The position numbers were made by a program, and so were the translations under genes. Of a stretch of 64,000 nt of DNA, positions 49,909 to 60,795 are shown piece by piece (position 1 is the first letter of the stretch; each line of letters starts with the position of its first letter). Origin of the DNA: Microthyrium microscopicum. Its lineage: Eukaryota. Location: positions 879,345-943,344 of the forward strand of contig MU004237.1 in the NCBI GenBank assembly GCA_010405405.1, read 5' to 3'. The notes under the pieces were generated by a model, which ran no database searches, was not told where the DNA came from, and worked only from the letters and a program-made list of their open reading frames with translations.

Positions 49909-50759
49909 GGCTATGATAGTATTCCACCAACAGTCCTGGGTACTCAAGGGGGAACTATGGTAGAATATGTATGTATCACGATTAAGAAGTGTTGTAGTAT
50001 ATCTATTGTAGGAGCGGTTGATGTTTCTAAGGATGAGAATGTTGTATGATAGGTTTTTGGTTGGAGAGCAAGAAGTGGATGGAGGAGCAAAGGCTTTATA
50101 GAAACGAAGACGCGATTCGAGCACAAGTGAAATGCTACAAGTGAAAATCGAGGCTCACGCTATGAGACCAACGTAAGAAGTAGTGTTCGTAAGAGAAGGA
50201 CGCGTTGCCTAGATAGTGATTTTCCTCAGATCAAATGGGAGGAGCGAAAGAAAGCGAATGCCAGATGAGGCGGTAATGGCAAGCAAAATGAAGATGGAAG
50301 TTGATCCAGTGAGTTACTGAGCGATCTCTCAAGATGTCGTTGATGAGAGTATTATAGCGTAACTTCTGATTTAGAGAGTCTGGACGGACAGTTGCCATAT
50401 TAGGAGAAGCGAAGTGATCGCGTGTTATATCTTAAAACCTGTCATATTTAGGCAGCTACATATCAGAAAAAGACACGCTAATTCAAAAAAGTCTTTGTCT
50501 TATGTCTCAAGTCTCTTCTTGGGATGCATAAGCTCCTGCCATCGCTGAGGAACAGTGATATATCAGATACCTGCTGCAATACGTTAGATATCCCCAAGGA
50601 AAAGCTTTCGCACTCGCATGCCATACACATTCCTTGCTGAACATGTTTTCTCGGTGTTGTAGATCCAATAGCGCCGCTTTATTTCATTGTCGGATAGATA
50701 CATGATATATGAGACATGACATTAGAGATCAACATCCCTGGCTAGGAACAAGTCAGACA

Positions 50760-51968
50760 TTACCGTGATCCGCCTCCAACCTTCGCTCCAGCTCCTCCAC
50801 CCGCATTAGCTTGAGGTTGAGCAGGCTGAGCCGGCGCGGCAGCAGGACTTCCAGACTGAGCCGGTGGAGCAGTGCCCTGGTTTCCTCCTCCTCCACCACT
50901 ATCTTGCTTCCCAACGACCGCCGACACCAGCTGGCCAGCAGCATTGAAGACAATGTTGACCAACGCATTCAGTGGACCGTACTTGTACGTCTTCTGGATC
51001 AAGTTGTTGGGTAACATTTGACTTTTGCCCGTATATGTCATGTTTTGCTGATAATTTCCTACAATTGAATTGACTGTTTGTCCTGCATCGCTTACAACTT
51101 GTTGCACGATATTTCCCAGATTGTCGATTAAGAAGTTCAACACTGTACCGCCCCGTGTGATAGAACCCAGTAGACCGTCGACTTGACCGATGACATTGTC
51201 TAGGATGTTTGTGACGTTGTTGATTGTCGCGATTAGCAGTGGATTCAGATCCAAGGACTGGAATACACGATTGATGATATCTGCCAAATGGCCTAGACGC
51301 ACGACGAGCTCGAGTTCAGCGCCTACGTCGGAGATGGTGAGGTTTACTTTGGTGATGGAGGCATAAACGCCAGCATTCACCGTGACGAGGTTGGCGACTT
51401 GTGCGTTCAGGTTGATGTCGACTTGTAGGTTGTCAACATCGAGCTCGATACGCTTGACACCAATGGTGGGAACTTGAAGAAGGACATCGGGTGGTGTCAC
51501 TGAGGAAGAAGTTGCGAATGCTGGGAGAGGCTGAGGGCTGAAGGAGTAGGATGAGGTTGGCGAGCTTCTGGTCGATCCTGAAGTCGACGATCCCCCTGGC
51601 TTTGTCGTTGAAGATGGTCCTTTTGGCGCAGAACTTGTTGGTACGGAACTCTTCGGCGCTGATGCTGGTGGTTGTGATCCTGGCGATTGTGCTGGAGGTG
51701 CTGATGCTGGCGGTGCGGAACTGGCCGGTGGTGTCGCAGAGACAGGAGGAGCAGTTGTAGCTGGTGGAGCACTCGCAGGAGGAGGTTGAGTAGTGTCTTC
51801 CACAGCAAGCCGGTTGAAAGTCGATAACGAAGAATAAGTTTCAACTTTCTGATTGCCCCAGTCTACAACAGGGTTATAGCTCTCGGCTCTGGCCGCTGGA
51901 GTATCCTGGGCGATGGTCCTGCCTACAAGCAGGAGAGTAGCAAGAGCTATTATCCTTTGGCCTGCCAT
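50760..51968 (-). CDS. Secreted protein of unknown function (PDV...LDLNP domain), paralog 1
   Basis: Intronless 402-aa ORF; signal peptide, Pro/Ser/Thr linker, PPDVLLQVP...NAGV...RL...SLDLNP domain. Confidence 0.9.
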   Translation of the reverse strand: MAGQRIIALATLLLVGRTIAQDTPAARAESYNPVVDWGNQKVETYSSLSTFNRLAVEDTTQPPPASAPPATTAPPVSATPPASSAPPASAPPAQSPGSQPPASAPKSSVPTSSAPKGPSSTTKPGGSSTSGSTRSSPTSSYSFSPQPLPAFATSSSVTPPDVLLQVPTIGVKRIELDVDNLQVDINLNAQVANLVTVNAGVYASITKVNLTISDVGAELELVVRLGHLADIINRVFQSLDLNPLLIATINNVTNILDNVIGQVDGLLGSITRGGTVLNFLIDNLGNIVQQVVSDAGQTVNSIVGNYQQNMTYTGKSQMLPNNLIQKTYKYGPLNALVNIVFNAAGQLVSAVVGKQDSGGGGGNQGTAPPAQSGSPAAAPAQPAQPQANAGGGAGAKVGGGSR

Positions 51969-52503
51969 CTTGTTGTCTGCGTAAAAGACTGAAGATCAGA
52001 CCAAAAAGAAGTCTTGGAGATTCAAAAAAATCCGGGACGGGAGGGGTGTCGCAATCGGCGTTCCATTTCGAAAATTCCAATGGCACTGACATGGGCATTT
52101 TGATTATATTGCCATATACGGTGGAGGCTCTTCGACCTCTCTTGTCAATGGTCAACTGTAATTCCGAATTGGTTTATGCCAACTTCTTTGGAATGTAGTC
52201 TATTTGGTGCAGGGATTTCCACAAATCATATCCAATCTCAGCCTTGTGGCCGTTTCAAGGATATTGTACTCAATGCAAAAGTCCAACGTCTAGGGCCGGC
52301 TTGCCCATAGTTTTACGTCTACAAGTGAGTGATTGCAGATGAATAGCATATTCCCTTGTACGAATATAGCTAATCAAGTAATTATGCCACTTTCTTTTTC
52401 GCTAGCCCTTTGGTTTTTCGCATCTCACCCATTGCCCACCTCTATCTTGACTGCAGTCTGACGGCATGCTCTGAACACCAAAGACACTGCACACTCAGCC
52501 AAG

Positions 52504-53604
52504 ATGCATAACCGATGGGCGTTCATAATCCTGGCCATCTGCTATCCAGCACTAATAGCAGCTCAATCCACAGCCCAACCTACACCCGCCCAACCAGCGC
52601 CCGGTCCAGCACCAGGCGGTCAAACTCCCTCCCAAGCGTCATCCGCCCAACAACCACAAGCCCAAGGTGACATCCCCACCAATCCAAAAGGCGTTCCCAA
52701 AGGATCCGGCGTCGCAGGAAACTCCACCCGCCCACCACCGAAAGGCGGCAAAGGCCAAGATCCCGCCACAGGCTACTTCGGCTATGACCTGCAGCAAAAA
52801 GGCGATCCCAACTCAACACACTATGAGACCGCCAACACCAACAACACCGACGACCGCAATGTCACCATGTTCGCCGAGCCAGACGTCCACCTAAACGCCT
52901 CCGTGCACGTTGGCGAAATTTTGCTAGAAGTGCTGAACATCACCGCAAAAGTCAACCTCGACGCCGAAGTCCGCGGCCTAGTAAAGTTCAACGCCGGTGT
53001 CAACGCGCACATTGACCGCGTTCGTCTACTGATCCAAGGAGTCGAGGCGCGAGTGCTGCTGGAAGCACGGTTAGGCAATCTGGTACAAATCGTCAGTGAT
53101 GTACTCGACAGTCTTGATTTGAACCCTATTATCGCCACACTGGCCAATGATGTCAATAAGATTGTGAATACGACGGTTGGGCAGTTGACGGGGCCACCGC
53201 CGAAGCAGAAAATTCAGAAGCGGTCGAGTAGGATTGACTATAATATTTTATACTCTGTCAACGATTATGGTGGGAACACGCATACGAATCGGATACTGGA
53301 GCAAAATGGCGAGATTGTGGATGAGTACTTGGATAACCAGGGCAATCGACATGGGGTGGAAGTCATCGGATACTATGAGCGGGATATGGAGTTCAATGGG
53401 CATGATTTCCCTATGTCGAGGAATGGGCAAGCTGTGAGGGAGCGGGAGTATGTGTATGCGCCGTTTCCGGGGTTGAGTGTGGTGAGTGCGGTGTATATAA
53501 CCGATGATGGGAAGGTGATTGGGACGCAAGTGATTAGTGAGAGTTTTGGCGGTGGAACAACGTCGATCGAAAATAAGGAAGAAAAGAAGCTGAGGCAAAG
53601 GTAG
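52504..53604 (+). CDS. Secreted protein of unknown function (PDV...LDLNP domain), paralog 2
   Basis: Intronless 366-aa ORF; signal peptide, Pro/Gln linker, EPDVHLNASV...NAGV...RL...SLDLNP domain. Confidence 0.9.
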   Translation: MHNRWAFIILAICYPALIAAQSTAQPTPAQPAPGPAPGGQTPSQASSAQQPQAQGDIPTNPKGVPKGSGVAGNSTRPPPKGGKGQDPATGYFGYDLQQKGDPNSTHYETANTNNTDDRNVTMFAEPDVHLNASVHVGEILLEVLNITAKVNLDAEVRGLVKFNAGVNAHIDRVRLLIQGVEARVLLEARLGNLVQIVSDVLDSLDLNPIIATLANDVNKIVNTTVGQLTGPPPKQKIQKRSSRIDYNILYSVNDYGGNTHTNRILEQNGEIVDEYLDNQGNRHGVEVIGYYERDMEFNGHDFPMSRNGQAVREREYVYAPFPGLSVVSAVYITDDGKVIGTQVISESFGGGTTSIENKEEKKLRQR

Positions 53605-53838
53605 ACTGGTAGTGCTATTGATTGGCGAGTAGTTCGAGCTCGATCGCGAAACTGGAGATGATTCCTAATGTTGGGACAGCTGAGCGCCTTTGCTATAAGC
53701 TATGTACAAAAATCTATTGACTCATTAGCACGTTCTTCTCTCGTTAATTTGCCGGAATTTGCATAGAAGTCCAAAAGACTTATATTGTATATCGGGTCTA
53801 TCTGGCGTCTGGAAGGCTATCGATCGTTCTCACAGCAA

Positions 53839-55566
53839 TCATGGTGCGTCGTCAAACACCAACATACACTTCATCCCCTTGGCTACAAGCGCAAAGTGAT
53901 CCGTATGCTCCATATCATCATGAGTTTGCTCATTTTCAACGCGGACTTGGAGTTTCGAGATGATTCTTGCAACCATAATACGAATATTATTTGTCGCCAT
54001 TTGTTGACCAAGACAAGCTCGCGCTCCTTTACCCCATACCAATATGGCGTCCTGCATATCTCGAGTTCCATATTCAGATCCACCCCAGCGCGTTGGGTCA
54101 AAGGTATCGGGATTTTTGAACACTTCTGGATTTCTTTGGCTGGTGAAGGGACCGACGCTTAGGTAAACCTATCAAATATCAGTTCTGTGTCACCTTGAGG
54201 TTTGGAATCCTTACATTGCCAGGTACGTAGAGACCATCAATCGTTGCTCCCTCTGGTGGTGTGACTCGAGGTAGACCAGACATGACAGGTGGATGAAGTC
54301 GTAGAACTTCATGAATGCAGCCATTCAGGAGTGGGAGGTCTCTCAATAGTTGCATTGGGTAGCCTTTGCCATCGACATCTGCTTCGCGTAGCTCGGCTCT
54401 AACCTTTTCTTGCCACTCAGGGTGACGGGAAAATTCGTACATGAGGTAAGTCATTGCGTTGCTGGTTGTATCGGTTGCCGCAAAAGTGAAGCCGGTACAT
54501 TCGTTTTGAATAACCTGATCGTCAACGGGTTTGCCTCCAGTGACACGATCACCAACGAGCATTTTAGTCAGAATGTCGCGTTTTCCAGAGTCTCGACCGT
54601 TGCGTTCAATATATGAGGCTATTGCCTTTTTCGCGTACTGCAGATTTCCATTAGCGCTGTCTGGACTAAGAAAGGATCTATACTTGCATTGTCTAAGTAA
54701 TCGGAAGAATCTACTAGATCTTTCAGTGTTAGAGGGAGGAAACTTCTTGTTGCTTTAAGCAATGCGAGGACTGGGCTCATGGTTTCTCGAATCATATAAT
54801 GAAGGAATGCAAAGTCGACCATATGTGAGAACTTCTTTGCACCAGGATCTCCATTGAGACCGCCAAATCGTTTACCAAAGAACAATTCACCTATTATATA
54901 TCAGTAAGCGTCCTTTGCTGACAGCATTGAGAACCAACCAGCAAGATCGAGATTCAGCATTCGATCGTAGTACAACAGATCAATCGGCTCTCCCTTATGA
55001 GCATTGACATTGTCAAAGAGTTTTCCAGAAAGCTCTTGCAAAGAAGGTTCCAGTTCCAGTAGAGTTTGTTTCGAAAACAAGTGAGTAAATCGCTTCTTCA
55101 TCTCTCGATGTCGCGGTTCTCTCTGCAAGAACATTTGACCAGTATTCCCAAACCGATTGTACACGTATGAAATTGGGCAGGCGGTTGGACCAGCGTAGAT
55201 ATCTCGAATGGCATTGTTGGTCATGAACGAGAGCTCGTCAGGGCCAACTTGTACAACAGGTCCATATTTCTTGTGCAACTCATATTCTTCACGATGGCGA
55301 TATCCTGCGAGATCTCGTAGACTGTATGGCAGACCGGTATATTTTGCCCATTTTGGACCAGGAATGTTCATTCCCCGAAGCGGCGATGTGACGATTGTGA
55401 TGATGGGCTGTCATAAATCAGCTTTTGTACACGTAATGGGTTTCTTGTCCATGGGAAAGGCAAATCTTACTCTGACAATGATGTAGACCAGCAACGCGCC
55501 GGCCAGCAAATTGATATAGGTGCGAACCTGAGTAAACTCAGAACGAAGAGCTTCGGCGCCATCCAT
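53839..55566 (-). CDS. Cytochrome P450 monooxygenase
   Basis: N-terminal TM then IPGP; I-helix AATDTT; EVLR (ExxR); FDPTRW; heme motif WGKGARACLG; four introns. Confidence 0.95.
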
Positions 55567-56609
55567 ACTCGCGACTGTCATCCTGTAAATTCAAGACACT
55601 GAGACAAACGCGAGCGAATCCTCGATATAAAGCTCTTACAGGTAGTAGCAAACAATCAAACAACTGTCCCCAGTCGATTTCGTATACCTTGTCACGCCCG
55701 CGGCCACACCACCAGGTGGGGTCGAGCTTTAATACCTGGACAAACATCACTTTCGCTACAAGGACAAGCTAGAGATGCGTGGTGGCATGCCGCCTCAAAG
55801 TCGTCTCCGCGACCTGCAGAAAAGCACCCGCCTCTGCTTGACCTGCCTTGACCTGCCACCACGGTATAAACACCATATCGCCACGCATCCAATCACACGG
55901 ACAGCAATGTGCTACCACAGACCTGGGCTTGACCGGGGGGACGGCTATTGCATCCGCCAAACCAGCGAGGTGCAGAGACCTTGACGATGGAAGTGCTTGT
56001 GGTTGGTTGGGTGCGTGGGTGGTTGATCAACTTGCAGCGGACCTGACTGTCCAAAAGACCGGCCGCGGGTGGACGTGCGGCTGCATCGCGTGTCGCGACT
56101 ACGATTGAGCAGAAGCGAGGAGACTGCGAAGGCTGGAAGAGATCATTGTATCTCGAGATTTACATCGGGATATGATTGTACAATAAGAGATCCAAATGAA
56201 TGGTAGACAAGGTTTATGTTGTTGTCGGGAATGGTACGGGAGGAGCCGCAAAGCAAAGCCCGTGTCATCCGCCCAGTATATCGGGTTTCTCCAATTATTT
56301 ATCCTTTGACGATGTAGTTCCTGAAATTACGACATGAATCCAGTAGAGATAATATGAATCTATGAGATATGACCTCTGTGGACTCCATTTCAAATTGATG
56401 CTCTCTGGAGACCAACAAATATAGCGTGCTTATTAAGCAAGCAAACCCTCACATGCCAGCAGCCAATTCAAGACTTCCAAATTTATACTCCGCATCAAAT
56501 CCTCCAAACACACCAAAAAAAATAACCTATCACCACAAGTAAAAACTCACAAATCCACTTCTTACAATCCACGCCAAACCGCCATTCCCATAACCACCTA
56601 CCAACAAAA

Positions 56610-57332
56610 ATGCCATCCCAGCACGACATCCTCCTCCGCCTAACCCCCGACGCCCCCACCCGCGTCCTCTCCGCCCTCTCCACCTCCCCCAACCCATCAA
56701 CCCTCGCAAGCGCCGCCGACTCCAACGGCTACACGCTAATCCACGCCGCCGCCTCGTACGCCCATCTCGACATGTTACGCACACTCGTACGGACCTATGG
56801 TGTCAACGTAAACACGCGTGACAACGATGGGCAGACACCGCTATTCCATGCGGAAACGCTGGAGGTCGCGAAGTGTCTGGTGGAGGAGTTGGGTGCGGAT
56901 GTGGGGGTGGTGGATGGGGAGGGGTTGAGTGTGTTGGATAGTGCGAGGGCGGATGGGGAGGGGGAGGGGTTGGTGGGGTATTTGGAGGGTGTGGTTGGTC
57001 GGGCTGGAGCGAGGAATGGGATGATAGAGGGCGGTGGTGAGAACGTAAATGGAGAGAGAGAGGCAGAGGCGGTGGAAGTGCCGGTGCAGACGGAGGCGTT
57101 GGCGCGGACGCGAGTACCGGAGAATGTGCAGGTGAATTTTGGCACGATGCCTGAGTTACCGCCGTCTGAGATGGCGGATCCGCGGATTCGTGCGAAGATT
57201 GAGGAGTTGGCGGCGCGCGGGGACTTTGAGAGTGAGGAGGCGCAGAGGGAGTTGAGGAATTTGGTGGCGGAGGTGGTGACGGGGATACAGGAGGAGGGAC
57301 CGGACCGATCGAGAAGGAGGACGGGTGATTGA
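56610..57332 (+). CDS. Ankyrin repeat protein (resembles the yeast YCR051W family)
   Basis: DSNGYTLIHAAASY, VNTRDNDGQTPLFHAET; acidic C-terminus ELRNLV. Confidence 0.88.
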   Translation: MPSQHDILLRLTPDAPTRVLSALSTSPNPSTLASAADSNGYTLIHAAASYAHLDMLRTLVRTYGVNVNTRDNDGQTPLFHAETLEVAKCLVEELGADVGVVDGEGLSVLDSARADGEGEGLVGYLEGVVGRAGARNGMIEGGGENVNGEREAEAVEVPVQTEALARTRVPENVQVNFGTMPELPPSEMADPRIRAKIEELAARGDFESEEAQRELRNLVAEVVTGIQEEGPDRSRRRTGD

Positions 57333-57832
57333 AATGTTGATGAGGAGGATTGATGAAAGAAAATTCGAAGATTCCTAAGCTGCTTATCTTCACGAGAGAT
57401 TGCATTGCTTTCCCCGAGATGCAATCGGAGACACCCCAGATTGAGCGAAGCGAACTATCACTAGCTGATACCATACCAGCCAGACAGTTCTTCGACTGCG
57501 GACTGAAAAGATGCGATTGGATTCAACTATACACGGGTATACAATGCACAAGTAGTAGTAATGAGCCTCGCGCCTTGAGTCCAACTCGCAAAGCGCCAGA
57601 ACACAACCAGGGCCGTCAGATCCCAACCACAGGATAACAAAGTATATATAACGCTCCACGTGCCGTAACCGCAAAGCAACAAGAGCGCCGAGCAATACGC
57701 AAAGAGGTATGTATATTACATGGTAAGATTTCAAAAGGGCCAGGGGTTCCTCAAGCATCGGCGGTAAGAGCAGTACAAGAACAGTTTTACGTAGGTCCGT
57801 ATAAATGAATACATGAAGTCTTCAACCACCAA

Positions 57833-58934
57833 CTAGGCTGATGCGGATGAAGCTCGACTGGAAGCAGATGGTGGTTTGTCGTAGCCATAAGCAGCTTTGA
57901 ACTCGCGCTGGTAGCGCAGCTTATCGGCATCTGCGAGATCTTGATGTTGCTGGAGTTTTCGTTAGTAGCTGTCGGTGACTTGGATAGAATCTTGAGTGCT
58001 TACCTTCTTCTCTGCGACCGACATTTCTTTCCACTCCTTGGCGATGAGTTTCAAAGCTTCCGTAGTAGTGGAAGATGCGAACGCTTCGCCGCTTCTGCGT
58101 TCAACCAAATACATCGTCCAGGCGGATAATGGCCGTTTGGGTTGACGATCATCTTTGAGTTTGGAATATAGAATGTTGCGTGTGGTTGGTGCTTTGCGCT
58201 TTGGGTAGGCTTGTACCACGCGTCGCCGTAAGAGCTTACGTGCGGAGTTGGCTTCCTTGATCTGCTCTGGTGTGTATTGAAGGATCCAATTGGCGGAATC
58301 TAGCTCGTTCTCTTTCTTGTTATGCTGTGCTTGCTTATCAAGCTCCTTTTTCTCGTTGTTAGTGAATGAAAAATTGAGAATATTATGAGATTCAACATAC
58401 CTCTCTCTGGTCAGCCGTCAAAGCCTTGAATTTAGCTTGCATGTCTACAATGCTCATTTTAGAGCCCTTTTGTTGTTGGGCAAATATGGCGAGGATAGTT
58501 ATGGGCTTTCGGGGTGGTGGTGTGAGAGTTTTTGCGCGCAGTGTCTTGATTTCGTCCAGAACTTTTGTCCTAGCTATCTTGGCCTTTTGCAGTTCGGATA
58601 GAACCCTCTTCTTTGGAGCAGGCTTCTTCTTTGCGATCACCTTCTTCTTGGGCTTGGGCTTTGCCTTTGCTTTCGCCTTGGTTTTCTTAACGACCGCATT
58701 TTTCGTAGTAGTCACAGTCTTTTTCGCTGCTACGACCCGTTTCTTAGTGGGAGCTGCTCTTCTTCCGGCTTTTGGTTTGGCTGTTGCAATTGTACGAATA
58801 GCAAGCGATCGAGCGAGGTTTCGGGCAATGTATGTGCGTTGGAACTGGGGGAGTGCATTGAATGATCTTGTCAACAAAGTAGCATCGGCGGATCGCGCGG
58901 CGGTGAAGCCCACGCGGGCCAGAAATGCGGGCAT
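57833..58934 (-). CDS. Mitochondrial HMG-box protein (Abf2/TFAM-like)
   Basis: Arg-rich presequence, Lys/Ala-rich segment, two HMG boxes (PPPRKP...; QPKRPLSAW...AKEWKEMS.AEK...RYQRE); two introns. Confidence 0.88.
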
Positions 58935-60795
58935 TTTCGAAGGAGTGGAGAGCGGAGAGCAAATGCGATTCGAGTATTCAATGAATTCAATTGATCAGTG
59001 TAATGGGAAGACAGTGGTAGAATTAAAGTGGTGGCTGGTCGCGTGTATGGCATCAGGAGTTGGAGTTGGAACAAGAGCTTGGACCAGTAATATTTTGCGC
59101 CAACCAATAAGCTGCGTGTATTCCAACTTCTCATCCAATTATCTTAGGCACCTGCGACGACAGTTTGAATGACTTGAATTTCATGATTTATCGAGAGGAA
59201 TATCTCAAAATGCATGGAGCATAATAGATCGCACTTGAAAGAGTTCTAGAGCATGTATCATTTTCCTTGCTCAACTTTAACATATGAAGTACTCCGTACC
59301 TACAATAAATTTAGGTACTAGCAGTAGAAGAGAAGGTTAGATGAGGACAAGAACGGTTCGGTTCGGGTTGCTCAAAATGGTATTGATATGAATTGAACCA
59401 TGGGTTGTAAATAACATCAGAAAAAATAGGGAGATGATCTATCGTGGGAAAAGCGAAAGACCTTAGACGATGAAGTTCAAAGCTCGACTCAGATAGCAAC
59501 AACATCCCTTAACCTCTAGATCTCTAGAACGACACTGCATTAGTGCGCGGGCACCTTACCCAAGAAGGCAATGAAAATACGCCTCAGCCCCGAAAACACT
59601 GCCAAAATCACCCCCTCTCATACAAAATCTTGGACGCTAGTGGCTGACAATCTGCTTTGTCACTGGCTGTCGCTGAACGCTAAACCTTCATGCAATGTCG
59701 CAAGAGGTTAAGGGATGAACCTACTCTAGCAAATGATGCCCCTGAGCAATGATGTCGTGGTGCATCCCTAGCGTTTTTATATCTGGGACCTTTGAATATT
59801 CAATGCTATGTACAACTCCCTTTTGATATCAATCAAATTCTTAGGGTTTCAGGGCTCTGTTGTCATTTTTACCTAACTGCGTATTGTTATCCATGTTACC
59901 ACACATATACCTGACTCTTTATATCCTTTCTTTCTACTGATTTACATCGCCATGTTTGATCTGCTACCACTACTCAGCAGGTAGGATGCACGCGGATATT
60001 TCGGACTTTGTTTTCTCTTCAATCCCACTCTGTCAAATCCGATTTATTCCAACACTTTTTATGCCGGCCTTGCCGAATCCCGTCTTTTACCATCAATCAA
60101 TGCAGCACGGTTAGATCCCTTTTCCGCATCCCGAGTGGCGGTCAAATCTCAAGACCCAATCATTTGAAAGAGTTCTTTGACATCACTTGCATCATCTTCA
60201 ATGTTAGGAATCCAATCCACGTTTTTGATCCAACTAACCTGATCGACCAACTAAACCCTCTTTCAAACTCGAGTGATCAACCTGAGGAAGAATGATGTAT
60301 CGCTACTGAATATGTCCAATTGCAATAGAATTGACTTATTCAAGCTCCAGACCTGAATAAAATTGATCAAGCATAACAACAGTTACAACACCAACAAGAT
60401 CAACGACGTAACTAACCCCTGGTCCTCGGCGCCGACCGCACAACCACACGGGAACCACGCGCCTCAAACCCAAAGCTCCCATGAAAACTGTGGATATTTT
60501 CCAGCTCAAATCGTGCAAAATATGTATTCCCAAGCCGATCTAACCGTTAGCCTTGTCCCAAAATGTACCGGCTCATGAATCTTTCCGCGCTGTTGGATCC
60601 AACGGCGCTGTTGAATCATGAAGCTGTCTTCAACAGTGGAATGCTATAAAATGCGCTTGCCACAAGCGCTTTTCCCTTTCCATGTGTGACGTCGACCAGT
60701 CTGTGACACCATAAAGTACCCAGGTCCCCATTCTTCTCCCATATCAAAGTGTAGTTCACAGCATTAGCGATCTTTTCTTCTTTACGTTTTCTATC

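Noticed and set aside
56795..57474. Long antisense ORFs over the ankyrin gene (also 41339-41905 and 58426-59172)
   Set aside because: Shadows of codon bias and skew in real genes on the opposite strand.
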